Source: Candidatus Eiseniibacteriota bacterium
Lineage (GTDB): Bacteria > Orphanbacterota > Orphanbacteria > Orphanbacterales > Orphanbacteraceae
Assembly (NCBI GenBank): GCA_016930695.1
Contig: JAFGGD010000034.1
Location: 135,375 to 199,374 of the forward strand
Direction of reading: 5' to 3'
DNA: 64,000 bases
The position numbers were made by a program, and so were the translations under genes. This document shows, in pieces, positions 1-9,811 of this stretch (within the stretch, counting starts at the first letter, position 1; each line of letters opens with the position of its first letter). The notes beneath the pieces were generated by a model. That model saw nothing but the letters and a program-made list of their open reading frames with translations. It was not told the origin of the DNA and searched no databases.

Positions 1-2180
1 ATTTCCACGCCGGCATCGATCTCTCCACCAACGGGAAGACCGGATACAAGGTGCGGGCCGTCGCCGACGGCGAGGTGTACCGGATCCGCACCTCTCCCTA
101 CGGGTACGGCAAGTCGATATACCTCGCCTTTCCCGACGGCCGTATCGCGGTGTATGCGCACCTCTCCGACTTCGCCCCGCACCTGCGGGAGATGGTGGAG
201 AGGGAGCAGGAGAGGATCGGTCGATACGAGGTCGAAATCCGTCTCCCCGCCGGGTCGGCGCCGGTCAGCGCCGGGGAAGTGATCGGTTACAGCGGGCAGA
301 CGGGGATCGGCGCCCCCCATCTTCATTTCGAGCTGAGGGACGGCGAGAACGTCCCGCTGAATCCGGTGCTCCACGGGTTCCCGATCAGCGACGAGGAGCC
401 CCCCGTCATCCGATCAGTGCTTCTCTCTCCTCTCGAGAACGACGCACGCGTGGAGGGTTCGATCCGGCCGCTTCCGCTCGACATGGTTTGGTCCGACACG
501 GAAGGATGCTACCGGACCGAGAGGGTCGTCCGGGTCGAGGGGCCCGTCGGCGTGATGATCAGCTGCGATGACGGACAGAGCGGTTGTTCGCGCCGGAAGC
601 TCGGCGTCTACAGCTTCGACCTCCGCGTGGACGACGAACTCACCTACCGCTCCCGTTTCGACAGCTTCACCTACGACGTGGCCTCCCTGGTCGGCATCGA
701 GTTCGATTTGGGGATGATCGAGCGGGGAGGCGGCCGTTTTCACAGGCTTTACTCGACGGCGCCCAACCTGCTCCCCTTCACGCTGATCGACCGGACCCAC
801 ACGGGTGTGATCGTCGGCGCCGGCCGTAACGAATACGGCGACGGCGTCGTCCTCGCCGAGGGGCTCCACCACCTGGAGGCGTCCGTGGGGGACGCCAACG
901 GCAACTACTCCCGCGCCGTGATCGCCGTGGTGGTGGGCGGGCCGCCGGAGATCCGCCGCGCCAGTTTCGCCGGCGACGACGAGGTGACCGTTTTCGTGGA
1001 GGGATCGCCGTCGCGGATCGGCGACTTCGTCGTTTCCCGTTCTCTGAACGGCGGGCGGCACTGGGAGAGCCGCCCCGCGACCTACGCGGCCGGCAAGGAC
1101 GCCTGGGTGACGGAGGGCTTTACCCGCCTGCAGGAGGAGAGGAAACCGCTCCTCTACCGGATCGAGCTTTCCACGGTGGAGGGCGTGCAGCGCCGCCCGT
1201 ATTTCGTCTTCCGCAACTACGAGGGGCTCCCGACGCCGGAGCCGGCGATGACCCTCGACATCGAGTACCACGCCGGCACGGCCCTCCTCAATCTCGGGGT
1301 GGATCGCGTCTTCCCCTACGAGGTGGAGGCACGGGTGATCCGCGACGGGAAGAGCCCCCTCCGCCCGCCGATGGTGCAGGCCGGGCCGAATCACTACGAA
1401 GGGATCCTTCCCCTCGACCAGCTCGATTCCGAGCCGGCTTGGGTGGAGGTGACCCTCTCGGGACGCGACGGGATGGAGTGGTCCACCCTGAAGGAGATCC
1501 GCACGATGCGGGTGTCCGCCGCCCGGGGAGGAGAGGTGACCGACAAGAGCGGCCGCGCCTCGATCCGCTTCGACCGGAGCGGGCTGGTGCGCGACACGCA
1601 TTTCCGGATCGAAGAGGAGGAAGGACCGCCCCTGGAGCGGGGGCTCTCCTACGCCAGCCCCGTCTACCGCTTCGAGCCGGCCGACGCGCTTCTGCGCGGC
1701 GACGCGGTCATCTCGATCAAACCCTCCGCCGGCGCCGACGCGGGGAAGCGGGTCGCGCTCTACCGGCTCGATACGCACGGTCGCTGGCAGTTCGTCACCC
1801 GTCGTGTCGATCCGGCCGCGCCCACCGTCGACGTCTCCACTCATTCCCTCTCCCGGTACGCGCTGATCCGGGACGAAGCGGTCCCCGCCATCTTCGGCGT
1901 CTATCCGGCCGACGGCGCGACGGTGCGTACCCTCCGCCCCCGCCTGCAGGCGAAGGTGACCGACGTGGGCGCCGGCTTCGAGAGCGAAGACCTGCAGATT
2001 CACCTGGACGGAAAACGGATGATCGCCGAGTGGGATCCGGAGAGGGAGATCCTCACCTACTCGCTCCGCGCGCCGCTCCGTCCCGGTTCGCACAAGATGA
2101 TCGTGTACGCCGTCGACCGAGCCGGAAACAGCGCCAAGAGCGAATCCGTCTTCTACGTCTCCGGCGAGGCGGGTCGATGA
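1..2180 (+). CDS. M23 (LytM) family peptidase domain protein with a long C-terminal extension ending in an Ig-like domain; 5' end outside the window (reading frame starts at nt 3)
   Basis: The open frame runs in from the window edge: 'FHAGIDLS...GEVIGYSGQTGIGAPHLHFEL' is the M23 metallopeptidase His/Gly signature. A ~600 aa C-terminal region follows and ends in a Big-like beta domain. The stop forms an ATGA overlap with dnaE. Confidence 0.8.
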   Translation, partial: FHAGIDLSTNGKTGYKVRAVADGEVYRIRTSPYGYGKSIYLAFPDGRIAVYAHLSDFAPHLREMVEREQERIGRYEVEIRLPAGSAPVSAGEVIGYSGQTGIGAPHLHFELRDGENVPLNPVLHGFPISDEEPPVIRSVLLSPLENDARVEGSIRPLPLDMVWSDTEGCYRTERVVRVEGPVGVMISCDDGQSGCSRRKLGVYSFDLRVDDELTYRSRFDSFTYDVASLVGIEFDLGMIERGGGRFHRLYSTAPNLLPFTLIDRTHTGVIVGAGRNEYGDGVVLAEGLHHLEASVGDANGNYSRAVIAVVVGGPPEIRRASFAGDDEVTVFVEGSPSRIGDFVVSRSLNGGRHWESRPATYAAGKDAWVTEGFTRLQEERKPLLYRIELSTVEGVQRRPYFVFRNYEGLPTPEPAMTLDIEYHAGTALLNLGVDRVFPYEVEARVIRDGKSPLRPPMVQAGPNHYEGILPLDQLDSEPAWVEVTLSGRDGMEWSTLKEIRTMRVSAARGGEVTDKSGRASIRFDRSGLVRDTHFRIEEEEGPPLERGLSYASPVYRFEPADALLRGDAVISIKPSAGADAGKRVALYRLDTHGRWQFVTRRVDPAAPTVDVSTHSLSRYALIRDEAVPAIFGVYPADGATVRTLRPRLQAKVTDVGAGFESEDLQIHLDGKRMIAEWDPEREILTYSLRAPLRPGSHKMIVYAVDRAGNSAKSESVFYVSGEAGR

Positions 2181-5100
2181 CCGGAGCGCCCCCTTTCGTC
2201 CATCTCCACAATCACAGCGATCTCAGCCTGCTGGACGGCGCGCTGCGCGTCGAGGACCTGGTGCGCCGCGCCGTCGAGGAGGGGATGCCGGCGGTGGCGC
2301 TCACCGACCACGGCAACATGTTCGCGGCGATCCGTTTCTACGAAGAGGGATTGCGCGCGGGGGTGAAGCCGATCATCGGCTCGGAAATGTACCTCACCCT
2401 CGGGAGCCGTTTCGACCGGAAGAGCGCCCGCGCCGGCGGCGACCGCACCTACCACATGGTCCTTCTTGCCGAGAACGAGATCGGTTTTCGAAACCTGATC
2501 AAGCTCTCCACCGCTTCCTACCTGGAGGGTTTCTACTACAAGCCGCGGATCGATATGGAGCTGCTCCGGGAGAGGAGCGAGGGTCTGATCGCCCTCACCG
2601 CCTGCATGAGGGGACCGGTCACGGTGCCGGTGATCGCCGGCGACATGGAGAGGGCGGAGGAGAGGGCGCGCATGCTCCTCGACATCTTCGGGCCGGACCG
2701 TCTCTTTCTCGAGGTGCAAAACCACGGGATCGAAGAGGAGAGGATCGCCCTGGAGGGGCTTCGGAAACTGGGCCGGAAGATGGGGCTGGGGCTGGTGGCG
2801 ACCAACGACTGCCACTATCTGACTCCGGATCACGCCGATTCGCATGACATCCTCCTCTGCATCGGCACCGGCAAGGACCTGAACGATCCGAACCGTCTTC
2901 GCTATACGACGAGCCGGAATCACTTCGCCTCCGCCGAGGAGATGGCGCGCCTCTTCCCCGACGACCCGGAGGCGCTCGCGAACACGGTCCGGATCGCGGA
3001 CCGGATCGACCTCGCCATCGACCTGGAGACCCCCCACCTCCCCGAAGCGCCGATCCCGGAGGGTTTCGCGGACGCCGACGCCTACCTCGCCCATCTGGTC
3101 CGCGAGGCGATTCCGAAGCGCTACCCCGGCGCGGACGGAGGGATCGAAGAACGAGTCACATACGAGCTGGACGTGATCCGCAAGGTGGGCTACGCGGGGT
3201 ACTTCATCATCGTCCGCGACTTCATCCGAGCGGCGCGGGAGAGGGGGATCCCGGTCGGGCCGGGCCGGGGCTCCGCGGCGGGGAGCATCGTCGCGTACCT
3301 CCTGCGGATCACCGACGTGGACCCGATGCGCTTCTCCCTTCTCTTCGAGCGCTTCCTCAACCCGGAGCGGGTCAGCTTCCCCGACATCGATATCGACTTC
3401 TGCTACAACCGCCGCGGCGAGGTGATCGAATACGTGATCGAGAAGTACGGCGAGAGGAGCGTCGCCCAGATCATCACCTTCGGCACGATGGCCGCCCGGG
3501 CGGTGATCCGGGACGTGGGCCGGGTGCTGCAGGTTCCCTACGCCGAGGTGGACAAGATCGCCAAACAGGTGCCGGCGGACGTGGGCATGACCCTCGCCCG
3601 AGCCGAGGAGCGCGTGCCGGAGTTGAAGGAGATCGCCGACGGCGAGGGAAGCTACGCCGATCTGTGGCGCCACGCCCGCAACCTGGAGGGTTTCGCCCGT
3701 CACGCCTCGACCCACGCGGCGGGTGTGCTGATCGCGCCCGGCGACATCACCGATTACGTCCCCCTCTATCGAGCGAGCACAGGCGACACCACGACGCAGT
3801 GGGACATGAAGGCGTGCGAGAAGGTGGGCCTCCTCAAGATGGACTTTCTCGGGCTCCGCACGCTGACCGTTCTGCACGACGCGGTCGCCCTGATTCGGGA
3901 GACGAGCGGCGTGGACGTGGACCTCTCCGCGCTGCCGCTCGACGACCCCGACACATTCCGGCTCCTCTCGGCGGGAGAGACGGTGGGCGTCTTCCAGCTC
4001 GAGTCCTCCGGAATGCGGGATCTCCTGGTCCGCCTCCAGCCGGGAGGCTTCGACGACATCATCGCCGTGAACGCCCTCTTCCGCCCCGGCCCGCTCGGCA
4101 GCGGCATGGTGGAGGACTTCATCGAACGGCGTCACGGCCGCAAGAAGATCCGTTACCTCGACCCCTGCCTGGAGCCGATCTTGAAGGACACCTACGGGGT
4201 GATCCTCTACCAGGAGCAGGTGATGCAGATCGCCAACTGCATGGGCGGTTTCACCTACGGAGAGGCGGACATCCTCCGCCGGGCGATGGGGAAGAAGAAG
4301 AAGGAGGAGATGGCGGAGCAGCGCGCCGTCTTCGTGGATCGCGCCGTCGGGAAGGGATTCGCGCGGGCGAAGGCGGAGAAGATGTTCGACCTGATGGCCT
4401 TTTTCGCCGGTTATGGGTTCAACAAGTCCCACTCCACCGCCTACGCGCTCCTCTCCTATCACACCGCCTGGTTGAAGGCGCACTACCCGAGGGAGTTCCT
4501 CGCCGCCACCCTCACCAGCGAGATGAGCGACACGGACCGGGTGGTGACGCTGATCGGCGAGCTGAACCGCCTCGGCATCCCTCTGCTGCCGCCGGACGTG
4601 AACCACTCCGGAGCGGTCTTTACGTGCGAGGGGGAAGGCGTGCGCTTCGGCCTCGCGGCGGTGAAGAACGTGGGGCGCTCGGCGGTGGAATCGGTTCTCC
4701 TCGCCCGAGAGGAGCACGGCCCCTTCCACAGCCTCTTCCATCTTTGCGAACAGCTCGACCTTCATCTCTTCAATAAAAGAACGCTCGAGTCGCTGATCCA
4801 GGCGGGGGCGCTCGACCGCTTCTCGCCGAACCGCGCCGCTCTTCTCGCCGCCGCGGAGACGGCGCTGGAACGGGCGAACCGGATACGGGTCGACCGGGAC
4901 CGCGGCCAAACCCTCCTCTTCGACGGCGCCGGCGACGGCGCGGCGATCCCCGAGCCGCCCCTCCCCGACGCGCCCCCCTGGGCCCGCCGGGACACGCTGG
5001 AGAGGGAGAAGGCGGTGCTCGGTTTCTACGTGAGCGGCCACCCCCTCGCCGATTTCGCCGACGAACTCCGTTTCACCAACACCGATTCCGCCGGCCTGGA

Positions 5101-5626
5101 GAGGCTCGCCGACGGCGACCGGGTCGCCCTCGCCGGCATGGTGCTCGGCAGCCGCCGGATCCTCGACCGGAAAGGTGAGCCGATGGCTTTCGTGCAGGTG
5201 GAGGACTTCAAGGGAACCACCGAAGTGGTGCTCTTCTCCCGCGCGTTCAAGCCGGCGGAGCCCCTCCTGGGAGAAGGGGAGCCTCTCCTTTTCCGGGGGA
5301 CGATCAGCGCCCGCCGCGACGAGGCTCCCAAGCTCCTCGTGGAGGACGTGACCCGTCTTGCCGAGGCGCGCGTCCGATTCGCCCGCCTTCTCCGCATCCG
5401 CGCCCCGCTGGATCGGCTCGGCGAGGACTCGCTCGCCGAGATGCGCTCCCTCTTCGAGGCGCACCCCGGCCCTTGCCCCGTGCAGATCCTGGTGGACACG
5501 GGGGAGGGGGACGTGGAGATCCGTTCGCGCCGCTTCCGCGTGGAGCCGGCGAAGGAACTTGTGGAGCGCCTCCGCCGGACCGTGGGAAAAGAAGCGGTTC
5601 AGCTGGTGGGCGACGCGGCGGGATGA
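2177..5626 (+). CDS. dnaE: DNA polymerase III alpha subunit
   Basis: PHP-domain N-terminus 'FVHLHNHSDLSLLDGA', 'PGRGSAAGS', 'DIDIDF' and an OB-fold C-terminus in ~1149 aa. The start ATG at 2177 overlaps the upstream stop (ATGA); the track ORF start at 1439 is a high-GC upstream extension. Confidence 0.95.
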   Translation: MTGAPPFVHLHNHSDLSLLDGALRVEDLVRRAVEEGMPAVALTDHGNMFAAIRFYEEGLRAGVKPIIGSEMYLTLGSRFDRKSARAGGDRTYHMVLLAENEIGFRNLIKLSTASYLEGFYYKPRIDMELLRERSEGLIALTACMRGPVTVPVIAGDMERAEERARMLLDIFGPDRLFLEVQNHGIEEERIALEGLRKLGRKMGLGLVATNDCHYLTPDHADSHDILLCIGTGKDLNDPNRLRYTTSRNHFASAEEMARLFPDDPEALANTVRIADRIDLAIDLETPHLPEAPIPEGFADADAYLAHLVREAIPKRYPGADGGIEERVTYELDVIRKVGYAGYFIIVRDFIRAARERGIPVGPGRGSAAGSIVAYLLRITDVDPMRFSLLFERFLNPERVSFPDIDIDFCYNRRGEVIEYVIEKYGERSVAQIITFGTMAARAVIRDVGRVLQVPYAEVDKIAKQVPADVGMTLARAEERVPELKEIADGEGSYADLWRHARNLEGFARHASTHAAGVLIAPGDITDYVPLYRASTGDTTTQWDMKACEKVGLLKMDFLGLRTLTVLHDAVALIRETSGVDVDLSALPLDDPDTFRLLSAGETVGVFQLESSGMRDLLVRLQPGGFDDIIAVNALFRPGPLGSGMVEDFIERRHGRKKIRYLDPCLEPILKDTYGVILYQEQVMQIANCMGGFTYGEADILRRAMGKKKKEEMAEQRAVFVDRAVGKGFARAKAEKMFDLMAFFAGYGFNKSHSTAYALLSYHTAWLKAHYPREFLAATLTSEMSDTDRVVTLIGELNRLGIPLLPPDVNHSGAVFTCEGEGVRFGLAAVKNVGRSAVESVLLAREEHGPFHSLFHLCEQLDLHLFNKRTLESLIQAGALDRFSPNRAALLAAAETALERANRIRVDRDRGQTLLFDGAGDGAAIPEPPLPDAPPWARRDTLEREKAVLGFYVSGHPLADFADELRFTNTDSAGLERLADGDRVALAGMVLGSRRILDRKGEPMAFVQVEDFKGTTEVVLFSRAFKPAEPLLGEGEPLLFRGTISARRDEAPKLLVEDVTRLAEARVRFARLLRIRAPLDRLGEDSLAEMRSLFEAHPGPCPVQILVDTGEGDVEIRSRRFRVEPAKELVERLRRTVGKEAVQLVGDAAG

Positions 5627-6411
5627 GCGCGCCGGTGATCGATCTCCCGGAAGGCTCCTACGAGGCTTTCGCCCGGGTCTACGACGCCGCCGGTTTCGAC
5701 CGCTTCGCCCTCTCCCTCGCCGGCCGCGTCGAAGAGATGATTCGCCGTACGGGCGCGCGCCGCCTCGTCGATCTCGCCTGCGGCACGGGGAGCCTCCTCA
5801 TCCGCCTCGCCCCGCGGGTCCTCTTCGCCGCCGGCCTCGACCGCTCCCCCGCCATGATCGCCCGCGCCCGCGCCAAGGGAGCGGCGCGGACGGCGGTCGG
5901 TTCCATGGAGCGCGCTCCCTTCCGCCCGCGCCTCGACCTGGCGCTCTGCCTCTACGACAGCCTGAACTACTGCGCCGGGGAGGAGGATCTGCGGCGCGCT
6001 CTCGGTGGGATCCGCCGCGCGGTCCGCCCCGGCGGGTGTCTCCTCTTCGACCTGAACACCGAAGAGGCCTACCGCGCCGTGTGGGGGGGAGGCGATGCTT
6101 TCCGCGCGCGGACGCCTGAAGGGAATCTGGTGATCCGCTCTTCCTATGACCGTTTTGCCGGCATCGCCCGCGCGGAGGTGGACGTGGATACGCGGGATGG
6201 GGGAAAGAGGTCGATTCTCCGTTCGGTTCATCGACAGTATTTCCATCCCGAGGGGCGCGTGGAAGAAGCGCTCCGCCGGGCGGGATGGGAGGAGGAAGCG
6301 CGCGAGACGATCGATCCCTTCCCGGGGGGCGACGCGAGCCTTCCCGGCGGCAAGACGCTCTGGACGGCGCGCGCCGCCGCGCCGCCGGAGGGGGAAAGGG
6401 AAGAGGCGTGA
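5623..6411 (+). CDS. class I SAM-dependent methyltransferase
   Basis: Motif I 'LVDLACGTGSL' and a Rossmann MTase fold. ATGA overlap with the dnaE stop. Confidence 0.7.
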   Translation: MSAPVIDLPEGSYEAFARVYDAAGFDRFALSLAGRVEEMIRRTGARRLVDLACGTGSLLIRLAPRVLFAAGLDRSPAMIARARAKGAARTAVGSMERAPFRPRLDLALCLYDSLNYCAGEEDLRRALGGIRRAVRPGGCLLFDLNTEEAYRAVWGGGDAFRARTPEGNLVIRSSYDRFAGIARAEVDVDTRDGGKRSILRSVHRQYFHPEGRVEEALRRAGWEEEARETIDPFPGGDASLPGGKTLWTARAAAPPEGEREEA

Positions 6412-7355
6412 CGCCGGACGAGGAAAAGGCGCGGTTGCTGGCCGAGGCGCGGCGGATCGGCTTCGACGCCGCCGGCGTGGCTCCCGCCGAGCTTCCGGCG
6501 GTGGAGAACACAAGGCTTCTCCGGTGGATCGCCGAGGGGCGGCACGGGACGATGGCGTGGATGGCGCGCCTCGCCGAGGCGCGCGTCGACCCCGGCTTTC
6601 TCCTCCCCGGGGCCCGCTCGATGCTGATGGTCGCTCTCGGCTACTGGCCGGGGGAGCGGCCGGCCGCCCCGGCGGACGGTCTCGTTTCGGTCTACGCTCG
6701 AGGGCGAGACTACCACCGTGTGATGCGCCCGATGCTTCGCCGCCTCCTCGTGTCGGCGGAGAAGATCCTTCCGGGCGCGCGCGGGAGGCCTTTCGTCGAT
6801 TCGGCGCCCGTCCTGGAGCGCGCCTACGCCGAAAGGGCGGGGCTCGGCTGGCGAGGGCGGAGCGCCAACCTGATCATTCCGGGAGCCGGTTCCTGGTTCT
6901 TTCTCGGCGGCCTGATCCTGGACCGGGATCTTCCGCCGGATGAGCCGGCCGAAAACCGGTGCGGGAGCTGCACCGCCTGCGTCGACGCCTGCCCGACCGG
7001 CGCCATCGGAAACGATTATCAGGTCGACGGATCGCGCTGTATTTCCTATCTTACAATCGAACATAAGGGCCCCGTGGCCGAAGAGAAGGAGGAAGGGTGC
7101 GGCGGATGGGTCTTCGGCTGCGACGTCTGCCAGAGCGTCTGCCCCTGGAACCGTTTCGCCCGCAAGACGGGCGCGGCGGACCTTCTCCCGCGCGGGGAGA
7201 TCGAAGGGCTCGACCTGGATGAAGCGCTCCGCCTCGATGAGGAGCGTTACGAACGCCTTTTCGAGGGGACGGCGGTGCGGCGCGCCGGATGGGCGCGCTT
7301 CCGGGAAGGCGTGCTCCGGGCGGCCCGCAACAGAGAACGGGGAAGAGGACGATGA
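6408..7355 (+). CDS. queG: epoxyqueuosine reductase (tRNA queuosine biosynthesis)
   Basis: QueG-like N-terminus 'ARRIGFDAAGVAPA', 'RGRDYHRVM' and two 4Fe-4S ferredoxin motifs 'CGSCTACVDACP' / 'CDVCQSVCPWN'. GTG start overlaps the upstream stop (GTGA). Confidence 0.85.
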   Translation: MTPDEEKARLLAEARRIGFDAAGVAPAELPAVENTRLLRWIAEGRHGTMAWMARLAEARVDPGFLLPGARSMLMVALGYWPGERPAAPADGLVSVYARGRDYHRVMRPMLRRLLVSAEKILPGARGRPFVDSAPVLERAYAERAGLGWRGRSANLIIPGAGSWFFLGGLILDRDLPPDEPAENRCGSCTACVDACPTGAIGNDYQVDGSRCISYLTIEHKGPVAEEKEEGCGGWVFGCDVCQSVCPWNRFARKTGAADLLPRGEIEGLDLDEALRLDEERYERLFEGTAVRRAGWARFREGVLRAARNRERGRGR

Positions 7356-7891
7356 ACCTTCCGATTCGCTGGTATGGAGACCCGGTCCTTCGCCGGAAGG
7401 CGGAGGAAGTGGATCCTTCGGACGGACGGCTGGACGGGCTGATCCGCGACATGATCGAGACGATGCACGAGGGGGACGGCATCGGCCTGGCGGCTCCGCA
7501 GGTCGGGCGCTCGGAGAGGCTGATCGTCATCGACGGAAGCGCTTTCGACGGCGATGAGCCCCGCGCTTTTCTGAACCCGAGAATCCTCGAGTCGTCGAAG
7601 GGCCGCGTGCTATACGAAGAGGGTTGCCTCTCGCTACCCGACCTCCGTGCGGACGTGGAGCGTCCCGAGGCGGTGCGGGTCCGCTACCGCACCGAGAGCG
7701 GGGAGGAGGTGGAGGAGGAGGCGGAGGGTCTCTACGCCCGCGTCCTCCAGCACGAGATCGACCACCTCGACGGTGTGCTCTTCGTCGACCGCCTCGGCGC
7801 GGCGCGGCGCGCCCTTCTCGCCAAACGCCTCCGCGAGATCCAGAGAAAAACGGAGATGCGCGTGCTGGAGGAGCCGCCGGACGGGCGGTGA
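7352..7891 (+). CDS. def: peptide deformylase
   Basis: All three PDF motifs are present: 'GIGLAAPQVG', 'EGCLS', 'QHEIDHLDG'. ATGA overlap with queG. Confidence 0.9.
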   Translation: MNLPIRWYGDPVLRRKAEEVDPSDGRLDGLIRDMIETMHEGDGIGLAAPQVGRSERLIVIDGSAFDGDEPRAFLNPRILESSKGRVLYEEGCLSLPDLRADVERPEAVRVRYRTESGEEVEEEAEGLYARVLQHEIDHLDGVLFVDRLGAARRALLAKRLREIQRKTEMRVLEEPPDGR

Positions 7892-7991
7892 AGATCTCCC
7901 CGCTTCGTGGAAGCTTCCCAGAAGAAAAACCCGCCCGGAGACTCTGAGTGGGCCGAGGGCGCGGTCTCTTTTCGCCGCCGGCTCACCCGCG

Positions 7992-9734
7992 TCACATCGT
8001 GAAGGATTCTTCCCAAACGCCGCGAAAGAAGGACCGGGCGTTCTTGCCGATCGTCCTCGTCTTGTATCCCCCTTCCTGCACGAAAAGGGTGGAGTAGGGG
8101 AGTTCGCCGATCATCCCGCCGATGGTGTGGAAATCCTCGGCGTCCAGCGACAACGATCCGGTGGGGTCACCGCGGGCGGTGTCGAGACCGAGGGCGACGA
8201 CAAGAAATCCCGGCTCGAACCTGCGAATCACCTGGAGCGCTTTTTTCAGCATGGCGACGTACTTCTCGTTCGACAGATTCTCGGGGAGGGGGTAGTTCAC
8301 GTTGAATCCTTCGCCCCCGCCCTCTCCTTTTTCCTCCTCGAATCCGCTGAAGAACGGATAGGCGTGCCGCGGATGTCCGTGCAAGGAGACCGTCAACACG
8401 TCGCTCCGGTTGTAGAAGATGCTCTGTTGGCCGTTGCCGTGGTGATAATCGATGTCGAGAATGGCGACTTTACCGTGACGGCTCAGGTAGTCGGCGGCGA
8501 TCGCGGTGGAATTGAAATAGCAGAACCCGCCGAACACGTCGCGTTCCGCGTGATGGCCCGGCGGCCGCACCAGGGCGTAGGCGAGGTACGAACCGTCGAG
8601 GACCGCCTTGGCCGCCGTGAGGGCGCAGTCCACCGCCGCGCGCGCCGCGAGATAGGCGTTCTTGTTGAGCGGCGTGAAGGTGTCGATGCAGTAGTAGCCC
8701 GCACGCATGGGAAGCTCCTTGGGCGGACGGGTATTGTTTCGAATCGGAAACACGTAGGGGTAAACCGACTCTTTCTCCGGGATGGAGGCGCACACTTTTC
8801 GCAGATAGTCGTAGAACCCGCGGTCGTGCACGGCGGTGATGTTGTGCTCGGCGAAACGCCTGGGCGGAACGCTCCGGAAGAGACCGGTCTTGTCGAGGGA
8901 CGACAGAATGGCGCGCACGCGGACGGGCGATTCCACGTAGCCCCTCTCCTGCACGTGATGGATGGCGTGCTGGTGATTGAACACCAGCACGATGAGCCTG
9001 TCGGCGGGGAGGGGCGGCTTCGCTTTCTCGGCGAGGGCGGGCGGGGCGTATTTCGACGGCCGGAAACGGACGGGGTCGTCGGTGATCGAACCGAGAACCA
9101 TGCCGACATATTCCTCGTCGCAGACGTCGCGATACTTCCGCTCCAGAACGGCTTCGACGATCCGCCGCATCTCGTCTCTTTTGAATTTTCTCTCCTTGCC
9201 GAGACCGTCCACGACGAGATAGGGGGGGCCGTCATCCCCCTCGCCGATCGGGGTTTCGTACCGGGTGCCGATCATCGGCGTGGCGCCGTATTTCTCGTAG
9301 AACCTCAGCCGGGCCCGGTTCTGCTTCAACAGCACGGGGTCCTTGCAGAGAAGGGGATCGTCCGGAAGACATTCGAAGAAGAGACCCTTCGCTTTCAGAA
9401 GGACGGCTTCTTCGCGGACGCGCTCGTAGAGAGCGCCCCCGACCCCCCGGCCGGTCAGGTGCTTGGCGGCGGAAATGTAGTCGAGGAAACAGAAGTCCAG
9501 ATCGGGCGCGTGCAGGAGAAGGGCGAAGCCGGTGATCTCCCCTTTACCGCTGTCCGCGATGAAGAGGATGGATCGGAAACGGTATTTCATGGGGTTCTTC
9601 AGCTGCTCGGGGAGCTTGTCCACGTCGTCGGGATGCAGCGTCGGAAATTGGTCGCGGAGGATCTGCTGGACCCGGTCGACCGCCTTCGCGTTCGTCGGGT
9701 TGTTGGCGTCGTAGATCCGTCGTATGCGGAACAT
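7992..9734 (-). CDS. fusion protein: N-terminal GNAT N-acetyltransferase domain plus C-terminal histone deacetylase/acetoin-utilization (HDAC/AcuC/APAH) family deacetylase domain
   Basis: N-terminal ~240 aa carry a GNAT motif A 'LTGRGVGGALYE...RLRFYEKYGA'. The C-terminal ~330 aa carry the HDAC catalytic signatures 'RPPGHHA', 'DIDYHHGNG' and 'GFCYFN'. GAGGGA RBS ~8 nt upstream of the ATG. Confidence 0.8.
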   Translation of the reverse strand: MFRIRRIYDANNPTNAKAVDRVQQILRDQFPTLHPDDVDKLPEQLKNPMKYRFRSILFIADSGKGEITGFALLLHAPDLDFCFLDYISAAKHLTGRGVGGALYERVREEAVLLKAKGLFFECLPDDPLLCKDPVLLKQNRARLRFYEKYGATPMIGTRYETPIGEGDDGPPYLVVDGLGKERKFKRDEMRRIVEAVLERKYRDVCDEEYVGMVLGSITDDPVRFRPSKYAPPALAEKAKPPLPADRLIVLVFNHQHAIHHVQERGYVESPVRVRAILSSLDKTGLFRSVPPRRFAEHNITAVHDRGFYDYLRKVCASIPEKESVYPYVFPIRNNTRPPKELPMRAGYYCIDTFTPLNKNAYLAARAAVDCALTAAKAVLDGSYLAYALVRPPGHHAERDVFGGFCYFNSTAIAADYLSRHGKVAILDIDYHHGNGQQSIFYNRSDVLTVSLHGHPRHAYPFFSGFEEEKGEGGGEGFNVNYPLPENLSNEKYVAMLKKALQVIRRFEPGFLVVALGLDTARGDPTGSLSLDAEDFHTIGGMIGELPYSTLFVQEGGYKTRTIGKNARSFFRGVWEESFTM

Positions 9735-9811
9735 GTAGTGTCCCTCGTGAGGAGATTACGCCATCGGGGCCCGGCGACTTCGCATCTCTCGGTGTTTTCC
9801 GGAACCGCCGC

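Noticed and set aside
1439-2176. Upstream extension of the dnaE ORF (track start 1439)
   Set aside because: The extension overlaps the M23 gene in another frame. The conserved DnaE N-terminus begins at the ATG at 2177.
414-5464. Long minus-strand ORFs (414..2093, 2153..5464) antisense to the M23 gene and dnaE
   Set aside because: Typical high-GC shadow ORFs with arginine/glycine-rich nonsense translations, fully overlapped by strongly supported genes on the other strand.
7892-7991. Bidirectional terminator between the convergent def and GNAT-HDAC genes
   Set aside because: Only weak, imperfect inverted repeats and no T-tract.
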